From: Oribacterium sp.
Lineage (GTDB): Bacteria > Bacteroidota > Bacteroidia > Bacteroidales > Bacteroidaceae
DNA: 50,134 bases
Direction of reading: 5' to 3'
Assembly: GCA_963656725.1 (NCBI GenBank)
Contig: CAVKKI010000001.1
Coordinates: 1-50,134, forward strand
The position numbers and the translations under genes are program-made. This document shows positions 28,039 through 38,365 of this stretch, piece after piece; the first letter of the stretch is position 1, and the number at the start of each line of letters is the position of its first letter. The notes beneath the pieces were generated by a model. The model did no database searches. It worked only from the letters and a program-made list of their open reading frames with translations, and was not told where the DNA came from.

Positions 28039-29772
28039 CTATTTCGTGTTTTCTTGCTCGCAGGGACGGATGTCGTCAATCTGCAGTTGCACTTCGCCGC
28101 GCTTGTGCGTGTTTTCTTCCACTGTGTAGCAAATGTCGAAGGCGCGCTTGGTTTTAATGTAGCGCGCTTGCGAACTTTGGCCGAAGGCAATGCCGTTCAT
28201 CACGTTGTTGCTTTTGTTGTCTACCAACTCAAGTTTAATGTGCTCTTGTCCACGACCCACCACTTTACTCGTGCCGTAGTCGTAGACGTGGCGCGTGCAA
28301 AACACGGGCTTGGGATTATTCGGCCCAAAGGGAGCGAAGCGGCGCAATTGCTGATAAAACTTGAAGTTGACGTCCTTAAAGTCAATCATTGCGTCGATGT
28401 GTAGACTCGCTTGGGTTTGCTCGTTGAGAATGTGCTCCGACACGTAGGCTTCAAACCTGCGGCTAAACTCCTCAATGTGTTCCACGGGCAGCGTGAGGCC
28501 GGCGGCATAGGTGTGTCCGCCAAAGTTTTCGAGCAAATCCTGACAACTTTGCACGGCTTTATACACGTCGAAACCTGTGACCGAACGAGCCGAACCCGTG
28601 GCCATGCCCTCAGATCGCGTCAGCACCACCGCAGGGCGATAGTATTGCTCAGTGAGCCTAGAAGCCACAATGCCGATGACGCCTTTGTGCCACGCTTCGT
28701 TGTAGATGACGATGCTGCGGCGCTCGTCAAGCCCGGGCAAGTCCTTCACTTGTTCCACGGCCTCTTCCGTCATTTGCTTGTCGAGGTCTTTGCGTGCTTC
28801 GTTATAAAGGTTGATGCGGCCCGCCTTTTCAAGTGCCGAGGGGTAGTCTTTTTCCACTAGCAACTCCACCGCCTCTTTACCGTTTTGCATGCGCCCCGAG
28901 GCGTTGATGCGCGGCCCTATCTTAAAGATGATGTCATTCATCGTGAGCTCGCGGTCGGCCAATCCGCATACCTCAATAATGGCTTGCAATCCAATGCTCG
29001 GATTTGAGTTTAGACAACGAAGCCCATGGTAGGCGAGAATGCGGTTTTCGCCCATAATGGGCACAATGTCGGAGGCAATGCTCACGGCGCAGAGGTCGAG
29101 CAATGAGATGAGTTTGTTAAACTCAATGCCATTGTTGGCGGCGAAGGCTTGCATAAGTTTAAAACCTACGCCGCAGCCCGAAAGGTGCGTGTCGGGGTAG
29201 TGATTGTCAAATCGCTTGGGGTTGAGAATGGCCACGGCACAAGGCAATTCGTTGTCGGGTACGTGGTGATCGCAGATGATGAAGTCGATGCCCAAACTTT
29301 TGGCGTAGGCAATTTCCTCAATGGCCTTGATGCCGCAGTCGAGCACGATGATGAGTTTTACACCCGTCTGAGCGGCGTAGTCCACTCCTTTTTTCGAGAT
29401 GCCGTAGCCCTCTTCGTAGCGGTCGGGAATGTAGTAGTCGACGTTAGAGTAGTACTGCTGAAGAAATTTGTAGACGAGTGCCACGGCCGTGCAGCCGTCC
29501 ACATCGTAGTCGCCGTAAACAAGAATGCGCTCCTTGCGCCCCATTGCTTGGTTCAAGCGTTCCACGGCTTTCTGCATGTCGTCCATCAAGAAGGGATCGT
29601 GCAGTTGAGTGAGCTGCGGACGGAAGAATTGGTGCGCCTGTTGCAGCGTAGTGATGCCGCGGTCGTAGAGCAGCTTGCCCAGCACGGGGTGGATGCCCAA
29701 CTGGTGAGCCAACTCGGTCTCGGCAGTTGCTTCCGCGTGTTTCGGGACCTCGTAGTTCCATTTGTAGTTCAT
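28039..29772 (-). CDS. recJ: Single-stranded DNA exonuclease RecJ
   Basis: YGDYDVDG, DCG, DHH, GPRINASGR, GSARS, FGGH motifs. Confidence 0.96.
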   Translation of the reverse strand: MNYKWNYEVPKHAEATAETELAHQLGIHPVLGKLLYDRGITTLQQAHQFFRPQLTQLHDPFLMDDMQKAVERLNQAMGRKERILVYGDYDVDGCTAVALVYKFLQQYYSNVDYYIPDRYEEGYGISKKGVDYAAQTGVKLIIVLDCGIKAIEEIAYAKSLGIDFIICDHHVPDNELPCAVAILNPKRFDNHYPDTHLSGCGVGFKLMQAFAANNGIEFNKLISLLDLCAVSIASDIVPIMGENRILAYHGLRCLNSNPSIGLQAIIEVCGLADRELTMNDIIFKIGPRINASGRMQNGKEAVELLVEKDYPSALEKAGRINLYNEARKDLDKQMTEEAVEQVKDLPGLDERRSIVIYNEAWHKGVIGIVASRLTEQYYRPAVVLTRSEGMATGSARSVTGFDVYKAVQSCQDLLENFGGHTYAAGLTLPVEHIEEFSRRFEAYVSEHILNEQTQASLHIDAMIDFKDVNFKFYQQLRRFAPFGPNNPKPVFCTRHVYDYGTSKVVGRGQEHIKLELVDNKSNNVMNGIAFGQSSQARYIKTKRAFDICYTVEENTHKRGEVQLQIDDIRPCEQENTK

Positions 29773-30147
29773 GCTGATATATCATTTTTTTATTTTTTCG
29801 AAGGGAAGAAATGAATGTATATATATAATAAGTATATAGGGAGGAAAATAGAAGGCTTATGCGGCGTCGTCGCTCGCTAAGAACTAGCCGCTTCTTTGCT
29901 GTGAAATCATTGAGTCATAGCGTGTTTTCCTCTTTGCTATTCCGCGCATGGTGTGGCGTAGTAAGAACTTTAGGGCCACATTTCCGCATTTTAGTATGTA
30001 AAGTTACGCATTTTTCTGTAAAAAGTGGAGCACTACCTGATTAAAACTCCTTAATTGCTAAAACTATCTCATATATGAGTAATCTTCATAGTGCAAAGAG
30101 GTGTTGCTTCTGCATTAAAAATGCTAATAAATCGCACTATTTGTTGG

Positions 30148-30233
30148 CGTGCACCAATTGGTGTTCGTGCTACCACCAACTGAAGGCCGTGTTGCTTTCA
30201 GCTGGTGCACACACGGCTTTCAGCTGATGCACG
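30148..30233. repeat. Array of four CARYTG cores at an exact 22-bp period, overall inverted symmetry
   Basis: Cores at 30155, 30177, 30199 and 30221. Confidence 0.75.
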
Positions 30234-30388
30234 CTCACCACGTTCCGCGTTTAATTCGAACGGGAAGCCTTATTAAAAGAGGTAATGAGCGAAGAAGAAA
30301 AAGTAGACAGACAATGTAGTCACTTAACCCTGTTACATCAGTTGGTAATCCAAATGATTTTGATTATCTACTAGTGAACAGCTATTAC

Positions 30389-30432
30389 AAAAAAAGCCGA
30401 AAGCAAACCAATTAAAGGCTTGCTTTCGGCTT
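30389..30432 (-). terminator. Terminator of the tRNA-Pro gene
   Basis: AAGCCGAAAGCAA/TTGCTTTCGGCTT stem with a 7-T tail on the minus strand. Confidence 0.85.
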
Positions 30433-30435
30433 AGG

Positions 30436-30508
30436 TCGGAAAGAGGCGACTCGAACGCCCGACCCCTACGTCCCGAACGTAGTGCGCTACCAACTGCGCT
30501 ACTTTCCG
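30436..30508 (-). tRNA. tRNA-Pro (anticodon CGG)
   Basis: Cloverleaf: acceptor CGGAAAG/CTTTCCG, anticodon arm CTACG-TTCGGGA-CGTAG, GTTCGAGT T-loop; -7 element TAATTTTG at 30521-30528. Confidence 0.96.
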
Positions 30509-30583
30509 ATTTTGGTGTGGCAAAATTACAAACATTTTACGACATATCCAAACGTCTTGCCACTTTATTCCGTTTCTTGTGTT

Positions 30584-31651
30584 TTATTTGCTTACGGTCA
30601 CGTCAATCACCACTTTCGAGTGGTCGGGGTCGTTGGTGATGAGCAGAATGCGACGGCGGCCCTTGAAGTAGCTCGTGTTAGAGGTGATCGTGATTTTGAG
30701 TTTCTCGCTCTCGCCCGGGTCGATGCGTCGCTTGTTGAGGCTCACGCTGATGCCCGGGTTATACACTTGGAGCGCGCTGATGGTGAGCGGCGTTTTGCCC
30801 GTGTTTTTCAGCACAATTTGTCCCGACACCTTTTTCTTCTTTCCAAGGGGCGGCAGAGTGATGTGCGTGCTGTCAATCTCCAACGTAGGCGATAGTGCGT
30901 GCTGGGTGGGAGTGTCGAGAAAGTCGGGTAGAAGTGTGGCCGACACATTAATTTCCGTATCCTTGCTCACACGGTCGCCCATAAAGCGGCTCAAATAGAT
31001 GCTTGTTTGCGTCAAGCCCATTGTGGGCAGTTTATTGCTGTCGAGCGTGAGCAACACACGGCCCACACGTCCGGGGTGAATCACCGCAGGGTCGGCATGT
31101 GCTGTGAGATATTTGGGCAAGTGCATCAATTCGGGGCGGAACGATTTTTTGCTTGAGTTGAGAATAGAGAGCGCATAGGTAGGCTTTTCGCCGCGGTTTA
31201 CATCATCGAACTCAATGTTGTCGGTGCTGAGGTAGTAGTCGCCCACTTGGTAGGGATATTGCGCCGACACCTCCTCGCCCTTCGACATCGACACCACGCC
31301 CATGAGCGTGAGGTAGTAGGGCTGATCGCTTAAGTTGGTGTAGACGGCCACCTTCTTATTAAAATGTCCCAACATCTCGGCATCGTAGCTCACTTTGATT
31401 TGCGTGGAAGCCCCTGGGACGATGGTTTTGTCGCTCCATTCGGCCTCGGTGCAACCACAGTCGGTGCGCACGTTGGTGATGGTGAAATTTTGTGTGCCCT
31501 TGTTGGTGAGGTTAAAGGTGGCGCTTTGAGGCACATGCCACAGCAAAGTGCCGAGGTCTTGCGTGGGGCTGTCGAATGAGAGTTGGGGCTGAGCCAATGC
31601 GCTTGCCGTGAAAGCGAAGAGCATTGAAATCAGCGCAATTATTTGTTTCAT
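30584..31651 (-). CDS. DUF1573 domain protein
   Basis: Start reassigned to MKQ at 31651; signal peptide, DCGCT motif, three Ig-like repeats. Confidence 0.85.
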   Translation of the reverse strand: MKQIIALISMLFAFTASALAQPQLSFDSPTQDLGTLLWHVPQSATFNLTNKGTQNFTITNVRTDCGCTEAEWSDKTIVPGASTQIKVSYDAEMLGHFNKKVAVYTNLSDQPYYLTLMGVVSMSKGEEVSAQYPYQVGDYYLSTDNIEFDDVNRGEKPTYALSILNSSKKSFRPELMHLPKYLTAHADPAVIHPGRVGRVLLTLDSNKLPTMGLTQTSIYLSRFMGDRVSKDTEINVSATLLPDFLDTPTQHALSPTLEIDSTHITLPPLGKKKKVSGQIVLKNTGKTPLTISALQVYNPGISVSLNKRRIDPGESEKLKITITSNTSYFKGRRRILLITNDPDHSKVVIDVTVSK

Positions 31652-31757
31652 AAAGTGGTCTGAGTAAAAAAAGTTGCTGCAAAGATAACAAATTTTGGGC
31701 GATATGCGGCATTGTCTCAATATAAGTTACTATCTTCGCAAAAACATTTCGCCAACT

Positions 31758-32516
31758 ATGAAATTTATATCCTGGAACGTCAACGGCCTGCGTGCCTGTG
31801 TGGGTAAGGGCTTTAAAGAAACCTTTGCGCAGCTCGACGCCGACTTCTTCTGCTTGCAGGAAACGAAAATGGAACCCCACCAACTCGACATTGAGTTTGA
31901 GGGTTACGAAAGCTTTTGGAACTCCTCGCAGGTGAAGAAAGGCTATTCGGGCACCGCCATCTTCACCCGCCACCAACCGCTGAGCGTGACCTATGGCATG
32001 GGACAGGAAGAGCACGATGGCGAGGGACGAGTGATTACGTTGGAAATGCCCCGATTCTACCTTGTTACCGTCTACACGCCCAACTCACAGACCGAACTCA
32101 AACGTCTTGACTATCGCATGACGTGGGATGATGCCTTCCGCCATTATTTGGAGCAACTCAACGCTCAAAAGCCCGTGGTGGTGTGTGGCGACTTAAACGT
32201 GGCGCATCAAGAAATTGACCTGAAAAATCCCAAAACCAACCGACGCAACGCTGGTTTTACTGACGAGGAACGCGAAAAGTTTGGTCAGTTGCTACAAGCC
32301 GGTTTCACCGACACCTTCCGCTTCTTCCACCCCGACCAAGAAGGCATCTATTCTTGGTGGTCGTATCGCTTCAAAGCGCGTGAAAAGAATGCTGGTTGGC
32401 GCATCGACTATTTCCTCGTGTCCAACGCCTTGCAGCCCCAATTGCAAGCGGCAAAAATTCACACCGAAGTGCTTGGTTCCGACCATTGCCCTGTGGAAGT
32501 GGACATTGATTTCTAA
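31758..32516 (+). CDS. xth: Exodeoxyribonuclease III
   Basis: Start reassigned to 31758; SWNVNGLRA, CLQETK, GDLNVAH, GWRIDY, SDHCP. Confidence 0.96.
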   Translation: MKFISWNVNGLRACVGKGFKETFAQLDADFFCLQETKMEPHQLDIEFEGYESFWNSSQVKKGYSGTAIFTRHQPLSVTYGMGQEEHDGEGRVITLEMPRFYLVTVYTPNSQTELKRLDYRMTWDDAFRHYLEQLNAQKPVVVCGDLNVAHQEIDLKNPKTNRRNAGFTDEEREKFGQLLQAGFTDTFRFFHPDQEGIYSWWSYRFKAREKNAGWRIDYFLVSNALQPQLQAAKIHTEVLGSDHCPVEVDIDF

Positions 32517-32584
32517 AACACAGATAATCCCTCTCGCTTATACCCCTTATTTATAATCGGTGTAGACGCTATAAAACCTATCCA

Positions 32585-34360
32585 ATGAAACAATTTTTTA
32601 AGTACGTACTAGCCACCATCGTGGGCTTAGTGTGCGTAGGTGTGTTCATGAGCATCGTCGGTTTGATTATGCTCGCTTCAGTAGCCGTTTCTAGTGAATC
32701 CACTCCTAGTGTGAAAGACGGCTCAGTGCTTCGCATCTCTCTTTCGGGCAGTTTGAATGAGCGCTCCACTCCAAATCCGTTTGCCGAAATCCTTGGCAAT
32801 GATCTCGTGTCAAATCAAGGACTCGACGATTTGCTCAATGCCATAAAAGAAGCAAAGCAAAACAAAAAAATTACTGGCATCTATCTTGAAGGCGGCGCCT
32901 TCTCGGCCGATTTCGCCTCGTTGCAAGAATTGCGCAAAGCCTTGCTCGATTTCAAGCAAAGCAAAAAGTTTATTCTAGCCTACGCCGACACCTACAGTCA
33001 AGGCTCCTACTACCTCTCATCCACTGCCGATAAAGTACTGCTCAACCCTAGCGGCATGCTCGATTGGCACGGCTTGGCCTCAGAGCCCATCTTCTACACC
33101 GACTTGCTTAAGAAAGTGGGTGTGAAAATGCAAGTTTATAAAGTAGGTACTTATAAAAGCGCCGTTGAGCCCTACATCCTCACCCAAATGAGCGATGCTA
33201 ACCGCGAGCAACTCACCGCCTGCATCGGTGACATTTGGGGCGCATTGTGTAAAGACGTGGCTGCTTCACGCAAACTGAGCGTGGCCGCCCTCAATCAATA
33301 TGCCGACAACTACGCCACCTTTTCCGACACCAAAAACTACCTTTCGCTCCACCTCGTCGACTCTTTGACTTACGTGGATGGCGTGCGCGATCAATTGCGT
33401 CAACTCAGCAAACAAGAGAAGGTGAACTTTGTGTCGCCCAGCGACTTGGCCAAACTCTATAAGCCCGAAAAGGGTGAGGGTAAGATTGCCGTCTACTACG
33501 CCCAAGGCGATATTGTTGATGAAAGCGCCAGCTCAAATTTCTCAAACAATACCCCTATGATTGTGGGTTCGAAAGTGGTGGAAGACCTCGACAAACTGGC
33601 TAAAGATGATGACGTGAAGGCCGTAGTGCTTCGCATCAATTCGGGCGGCGGTAGCGCCTATGCTTCCGAGCAAATGTGGCACGCCATTCAGTTGCTCAAA
33701 CAAAAGAAACCCGTGGTGGTTTCCATGAGCGGCATGGCTGCTTCGGGTGGCTACTACATGTCGTGTGGCGCCGACTACATCGTGGCCGAGCCCACCACCA
33801 TCACCGGTAGCATCGGCATTTTCGGCCTCATTCCCGACGTGAGTGGCTTGATGACCGAAAAACTCGGCTTACACTTCGATGTGGTGAAGACGAATAAATC
33901 GTCCGACTTCGGTTCGCAAAGCCGTCCCTTCAATGCCGACGAATCTGCCGCCATGCAAGGCTACGTCAACCGCGGCTATTCACTCTTCCTTAGCCGTGTA
34001 GCTGCTGGTCGTCACCTCACCACTCAGCAAGTCGACCAAATTGGTCAAGGCCGCATCTGGACGGGTAACCAAGCGCTCAACATCAAACTCGTAGATAAAC
34101 TTGGCACGCTCGACGATGCCATTACCGTTGCCGCTCAACGCGCTAAGTTGAAGAGCTACACTTTGACTACTGGTCCGAAAAAGACTTCGTGGCTCGACCA
34201 ATTGGCCAATTCCACCATCAAGCGCGACTATATGGAAGAAAAACTCCAAACCGCTTTGGGCGAATACTATGCCCCCTTGCGCTTCGTGAGCGGATTGCGT
34301 GGCATGACTCCTCAAAACTGCTTGCAAGCACGCATCTACTACGTGCCCAACATTCGCTAA
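32585..34360 (+). CDS. sppA: Signal peptide peptidase SppA (67K type)
   Basis: GTYKSAVEP, LRINSGGGS, AASGGYY, TGSIG, GRIWTG. Confidence 0.95.
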   Translation: MKQFFKYVLATIVGLVCVGVFMSIVGLIMLASVAVSSESTPSVKDGSVLRISLSGSLNERSTPNPFAEILGNDLVSNQGLDDLLNAIKEAKQNKKITGIYLEGGAFSADFASLQELRKALLDFKQSKKFILAYADTYSQGSYYLSSTADKVLLNPSGMLDWHGLASEPIFYTDLLKKVGVKMQVYKVGTYKSAVEPYILTQMSDANREQLTACIGDIWGALCKDVAASRKLSVAALNQYADNYATFSDTKNYLSLHLVDSLTYVDGVRDQLRQLSKQEKVNFVSPSDLAKLYKPEKGEGKIAVYYAQGDIVDESASSNFSNNTPMIVGSKVVEDLDKLAKDDDVKAVVLRINSGGGSAYASEQMWHAIQLLKQKKPVVVSMSGMAASGGYYMSCGADYIVAEPTTITGSIGIFGLIPDVSGLMTEKLGLHFDVVKTNKSSDFGSQSRPFNADESAAMQGYVNRGYSLFLSRVAAGRHLTTQQVDQIGQGRIWTGNQALNIKLVDKLGTLDDAITVAAQRAKLKSYTLTTGPKKTSWLDQLANSTIKRDYMEEKLQTALGEYYAPLRFVSGLRGMTPQNCLQARIYYVPNIR

Positions 34361-34375
34361 GCTTTCGTAGGCGGT

Positions 34376-35491
34376 TTGAAGTTTTCAGCCAGCATATTGC
34401 TTGCACCATTCTCCCTTGTGTGGGGAATGGTGTCGGGCATCCGCTCGTGGATGTTCGACCGTGGCGTGCTTCCCTCCCAAAGCTACCCACTACCCGTGAT
34501 TGGGGTGGGCAATTTGGCTGTGGGAGGAACGGGAAAAACACCCCATGTGGAATATCTTTTGCGCCTTTTGCATAAAGAAGGCCTACGCGTGGCTATGCTC
34601 TCTCGTGGCTACGGCCGAAAAACGAAAGGCTACCTCTTGGCCAACCGCCACTATCACACCGCAGCTGACATTGGCGACGAGCCCTATCAAATGATGCTCA
34701 ACTGCCCCTTTGCCACCATCGCCGTGTGCGAGAAACGCACCGTAGGCATGGCGCATCTGCTCAAACTATCGCCCCGTATCGATGTGGTGGTGCTCGACGA
34801 TGCCTACCAACATCGCTATGTGAAGCCCGGACTAAACATTCTGCTCACCGATGCCCACCGCCTCTACACCCACGATCACCTCTTACCATGGGGACGATTG
34901 CGAGAACGGCCCTCAGCTGCTCGTCGCGCTCAATTGGTGGTGGTGACGAAATGCCAGGAAAACGAACGCCCTGCATTGCCCGTCGCCCCTCAGCAGCAAC
35001 TCTACTATAGCCAAATCTGCTACGGCGAATTGCTCAACCTTCAAGGGCGGCCGGTGAATGACGTAAGTCTTAAGGGGCAGCGCATTTTGCTCATTGTGGG
35101 CATTGCTAACCCTGCGCCGCTTCAGCGCTATTTGCAAGAGCAAGGTGCTTGGGTGGTGTCGATCGTCTTCCCCGACCATCACCCCTTCTCGGCAAAAGAT
35201 GCGCAACAAATTAATGCGCTCTACGAGCAGCAGCAATGCACCCTCGCCCTCACCACGCAAAAAGACAGCACGCGCCTTGCGCTGATTCGTTCCCAACTCA
35301 ACGACTCCCTTGTGAAGCAGTTGCTCGTTCAGCCCATCACGGTGAAGTTAGAGGCCGCCCACAACGAAGAGAGTCTCCACAACGAGGAGAGCCTCCACAA
35401 CGAAGAGAATCGCAACAACGAAGAGAATAACTTTAATCAAACCATCATACATTATGTTAGAACAAATAAAAGAAACCGCAGCGTGGATTGA
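34376..35491 (+). CDS. lpxK: Tetraacyldisaccharide 4'-kinase
   Basis: VGNLAVGGTGKTP, LSRGYGR, GDEP, LDDAYQH, FPDHH, TTQKD. Confidence 0.95.
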   Translation: MKFSASILLAPFSLVWGMVSGIRSWMFDRGVLPSQSYPLPVIGVGNLAVGGTGKTPHVEYLLRLLHKEGLRVAMLSRGYGRKTKGYLLANRHYHTAADIGDEPYQMMLNCPFATIAVCEKRTVGMAHLLKLSPRIDVVVLDDAYQHRYVKPGLNILLTDAHRLYTHDHLLPWGRLRERPSAARRAQLVVVTKCQENERPALPVAPQQQLYYSQICYGELLNLQGRPVNDVSLKGQRILLIVGIANPAPLQRYLQEQGAWVVSIVFPDHHPFSAKDAQQINALYEQQQCTLALTTQKDSTRLALIRSQLNDSLVKQLLVQPITVKLEAAHNEESLHNEESLHNEENRNNEENNFNQTIIHYVRTNKRNRSVD

Positions 35492-36263
35492 GCAACACAC
35501 TCAGCTACGCCCCCAAACCGCCATCGTGCTTGGCACTGGCCTCGGCCACTTAGCTGCCGAGATCGACGTGGTGGACGATTTCCCCTACCAAGATATTCCC
35601 AATTTCCCCGTTAGCACCGTCGAGGGGCACTCGGGCCGCTTACTTTTTGGCCGTTTAGGCGGAAAAGAGGTAATGGCGCTCGAAGGCCGTTTCCACTACT
35701 ACGAAGGCTACAACATGAAGCAAGTAACCTTCCCCGTGCGTGTGATGTATGAACTCGGCATTAAAAATCTCTTTGTAAGCAACGCTGCCGGCGGCACCAA
35801 CCCCGACTTCGAAATTGGCGACTTAATGCTCATTACCGATCACATCAACTTCTTGCCCGAACACCCCCTGCACGGCCCCAATTTCCCCACCGGTCCTCGC
35901 TTCCCCGATATGCACGAAGCCTACGACCACGAGTTGCTCAACATGGCCCGCGCCATTGCCAAGGAAAAGGGCATTAAAACAGTGGAGGGCGTTTACCTTG
36001 CCACCCAAGGCCCCACCTACGAAACGCCAGCCGAATATAAAATGTATCGCATCTTTGGCGCCGACGCCGTGGGCATGTCCACCGTTCCCGAAGTGATTGT
36101 GGCCCACCACTGTGGCATTCGCACCTTCGGCATCAGCATCATCACCGACCTCGGCGTAGAGGGTAAAATTGTGGAAGTAAGTCACGAAGAAGTGCAACGC
36201 GCTGCCAATGCCGTGCAGCCCCTGATGGCCGACATCTTCCGCGAAATGATTAAGCGCATCTAA
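35454..36263 (+). CDS. punA: Purine-nucleoside phosphorylase (trimeric PNP family)
   Basis: LGTGLG, VEGHSG, GRFHYYEG, GPTYET, GMSTVPE. Confidence 0.93.
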   Translation: MLEQIKETAAWIEQHTQLRPQTAIVLGTGLGHLAAEIDVVDDFPYQDIPNFPVSTVEGHSGRLLFGRLGGKEVMALEGRFHYYEGYNMKQVTFPVRVMYELGIKNLFVSNAAGGTNPDFEIGDLMLITDHINFLPEHPLHGPNFPTGPRFPDMHEAYDHELLNMARAIAKEKGIKTVEGVYLATQGPTYETPAEYKMYRIFGADAVGMSTVPEVIVAHHCGIRTFGISIITDLGVEGKIVEVSHEEVQRAANAVQPLMADIFREMIKRI

Positions 36264-36329
36264 GTAGGTAATCAAAATAATTTTGATCACCTGTTTAAGT
36301 TCCGAAATTCGTTTGATTTCATATTTTTT

Positions 36330-36372
36330 ATCCCCGTTGATTGGCAAAGCGACCAGTCAGCGGGGATTTTTT
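36330..36372 (+). terminator. Intrinsic terminator after PNP
   Basis: ATCCCCGTTGATTGG/CCAGTCAGCGGGGAT stem followed by a T-run. Confidence 0.8.
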
Positions 36373-36488
36373 ACGTGCATTCCAACCCAATCGGAATGTA
36401 AATTCATCTAAAAAGTGAAGCCTTGCAGAAGCAAACAATGGTTTCTCTATAGAAGTAGAACGTGGCTTGCAGCTAAGTTGTGTGAGGC

Positions 36489-36842
36489 TTATTCAATGGT
36501 GAAATAAAGCGTGTCGCCGTTAGTTGTGCCCACACCGTTGCGCGCGTAAGCCGCATAATAATAAGTGCCGGGCTCAAGTGGCGTGGTGTAGGCTGAGAAA
36601 GTGGTTAAGGTGTCGGCCACCACCTTCGATTTAAGCGTGTCGTTGCCATACACAAAACCGCATTCAAGCAGTCGGCTATTGGGCGAAGCCGTAACGGCGC
36701 CTTGCAGTTGCACGGAGTCGCCCACAAGGGTGTAGATGCCCGTTTGCACGGTGGGCGCAAAGGGTTGCTCCCCACTGCGGTCTTCACCACAAGCGGCGAG
36801 TAAGGCTATTAATAGAAACGGAAGAAGTTTGAGAAATTTCAT
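36489..36842 (-). CDS. Small lipoprotein, FN3-like
   Basis: Lipobox LLAAC; GFVYG and LEPGTYYYAAYARN motifs. Confidence 0.7.
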   Translation of the reverse strand: MKFLKLLPFLLIALLAACGEDRSGEQPFAPTVQTGIYTLVGDSVQLQGAVTASPNSRLLECGFVYGNDTLKSKVVADTLTTFSAYTTPLEPGTYYYAAYARNGVGTTNGDTLYFTIE

Positions 36843-36982
36843 TCGTAAAGAGAATTAGGGTGGGGGAAGAATGTGTTTTCATTCTGAAGCCTTTCATTAA
36901 TGACTAAAAGCCTTTTGCTTGGGATGGAAAGGCATTCGAATGAAAGCAGAATAGAATGCTTTTTAATGAAGCGCGTTGCCGC

Positions 36983-38296
36983 TTACGTTTTCGGCTCGAA
37001 TGTGATGCGCAACACTAGCTTTGTTTTATCAGTGAGTCGGAAAGGATGCGCCAGTCGCTCATTCACTAGCCACACAATGCGTTTCGATTGATCGTTGACG
37101 ACCTTTTGATTAAGCTTTTCAATTCTTGAGCGATGCCGATTGGTGAGGTAGTCGCTCACCAATTGCGAACCATTCATGCCTAGTGGCTGAAAACGGTCGG
37201 CCTGTTGCGTTGGGCGCAGCACTAGCGGCAACGACGCTTTCTCCACATCAATGAGCGCTACGTTGGGTGGGCATTTCAGCGTGGCGATGTCCGCTCGTGG
37301 CAAAAGTTTCAATCTGAGCGTAAAACCTTCTGTCTCAAAAAGCGATTCTTCATTCACATTCTGTGGGAGTGGAAGCGTTGCTGCGGAAGGGGATGCGGTG
37401 CGTGTACTGAAAATCAAAAGTCGACCATTGCGAGTGAGTAGCGCTTCTTGCGTTTCAATAAGCGCCCCCGTGCGCATGTTCAGAGCATCGCTGATTTGTG
37501 TGGCGCTGAAATGCCAAGGGTGAAGCAAGTGGTGAAGTAGCGTTGGGGCGTTAGGCTCATTTTTCAGTTGTTCCCAATTTAAACTCCAACCTTTGGCGGG
37601 TTGTGTTATGACTTGAAATTGGCAGCGTCGCTTCAACGCTTCCAACCCCTCAGCCGCCAGACTTTGCGCTTCCGTGAGGTGTTGCGCCATTTGGTTGATT
37701 GCGCTCACCACTTGAGGGTTAATTGTTTGTAGCAAGGGCAGCACGTCGTGGCGCACTCTGTTGCGCCGATAATGCGTGTCGGCATTGGTGCTGTCGGTCA
37801 CGTAAGGTTGGCCGCATTGTGCCAAGTGTTGCAAAATTTCTTGCTTGCTCCAACTGAGCAACGGCCGGTAGATGGCAAAACCCTGCTTCTGGCTGAAGGG
37901 CTGCATGCCTGTCAGTCCTGTCAATCCCGTACCTCGCACCAAGTTTAGCAAGATGGTCTCGGCATTGTCCTCTTGATGATGCCCCACTGCCACCGCATCG
38001 AGTTGCAGTTCGCCGAGCAGTTGCCGAAACCAATCGTAACGCAAGCGCCGTGCCGCCATTTCAATGCTTTCGCCCGTGCGTTTCGCCTCGTCAGTGGTGT
38101 TGAAACGCTTCACCAGCAAGCGCACCCCTTTTTCTTGGCAGAGTTGGCGCACAAACTGTTCGTCGCGCTCGCTTTCCTCACCGCGCAACTGAAAGTTGCA
38201 GTGCGCTGCTGCTCCCACTTCGCCCTTCTCGAGCAAGGTGAGCAAGAGACATACCGAATCGGCGCCCCCTGAAAGGGCTACTAAATAGTGGGGCAT
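36983..38296 (-). CDS. tilS: tRNA(Ile)-lysidine synthetase
   Basis: PP-loop SGGADS, HCNFQLRG, ARRLRY, HHQEDNAET, DSTN, RNRVRH. Confidence 0.95.
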   Translation of the reverse strand: MPHYLVALSGGADSVCLLLTLLEKGEVGAAAHCNFQLRGEESERDEQFVRQLCQEKGVRLLVKRFNTTDEAKRTGESIEMAARRLRYDWFRQLLGELQLDAVAVGHHQEDNAETILLNLVRGTGLTGLTGMQPFSQKQGFAIYRPLLSWSKQEILQHLAQCGQPYVTDSTNADTHYRRNRVRHDVLPLLQTINPQVVSAINQMAQHLTEAQSLAAEGLEALKRRCQFQVITQPAKGWSLNWEQLKNEPNAPTLLHHLLHPWHFSATQISDALNMRTGALIETQEALLTRNGRLLIFSTRTASPSAATLPLPQNVNEESLFETEGFTLRLKLLPRADIATLKCPPNVALIDVEKASLPLVLRPTQQADRFQPLGMNGSQLVSDYLTNRHRSRIEKLNQKVVNDQSKRIVWLVNERLAHPFRLTDKTKLVLRITFEPKT

Positions 38297-38365
38297 TTTT
38301 TTTAGTGGAGAGAGAAGAATTTATGGAATAGCCGAAAAAGAGAAAATGAGAGCGAACTGGCGAGC

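Noticed and set aside
29780..30508. tRNA-Pro as the attachment site of an integrated element
   Set aside because: There is no integrase and I saw no duplicated tRNA 3' end; the flanking genes are housekeeping.
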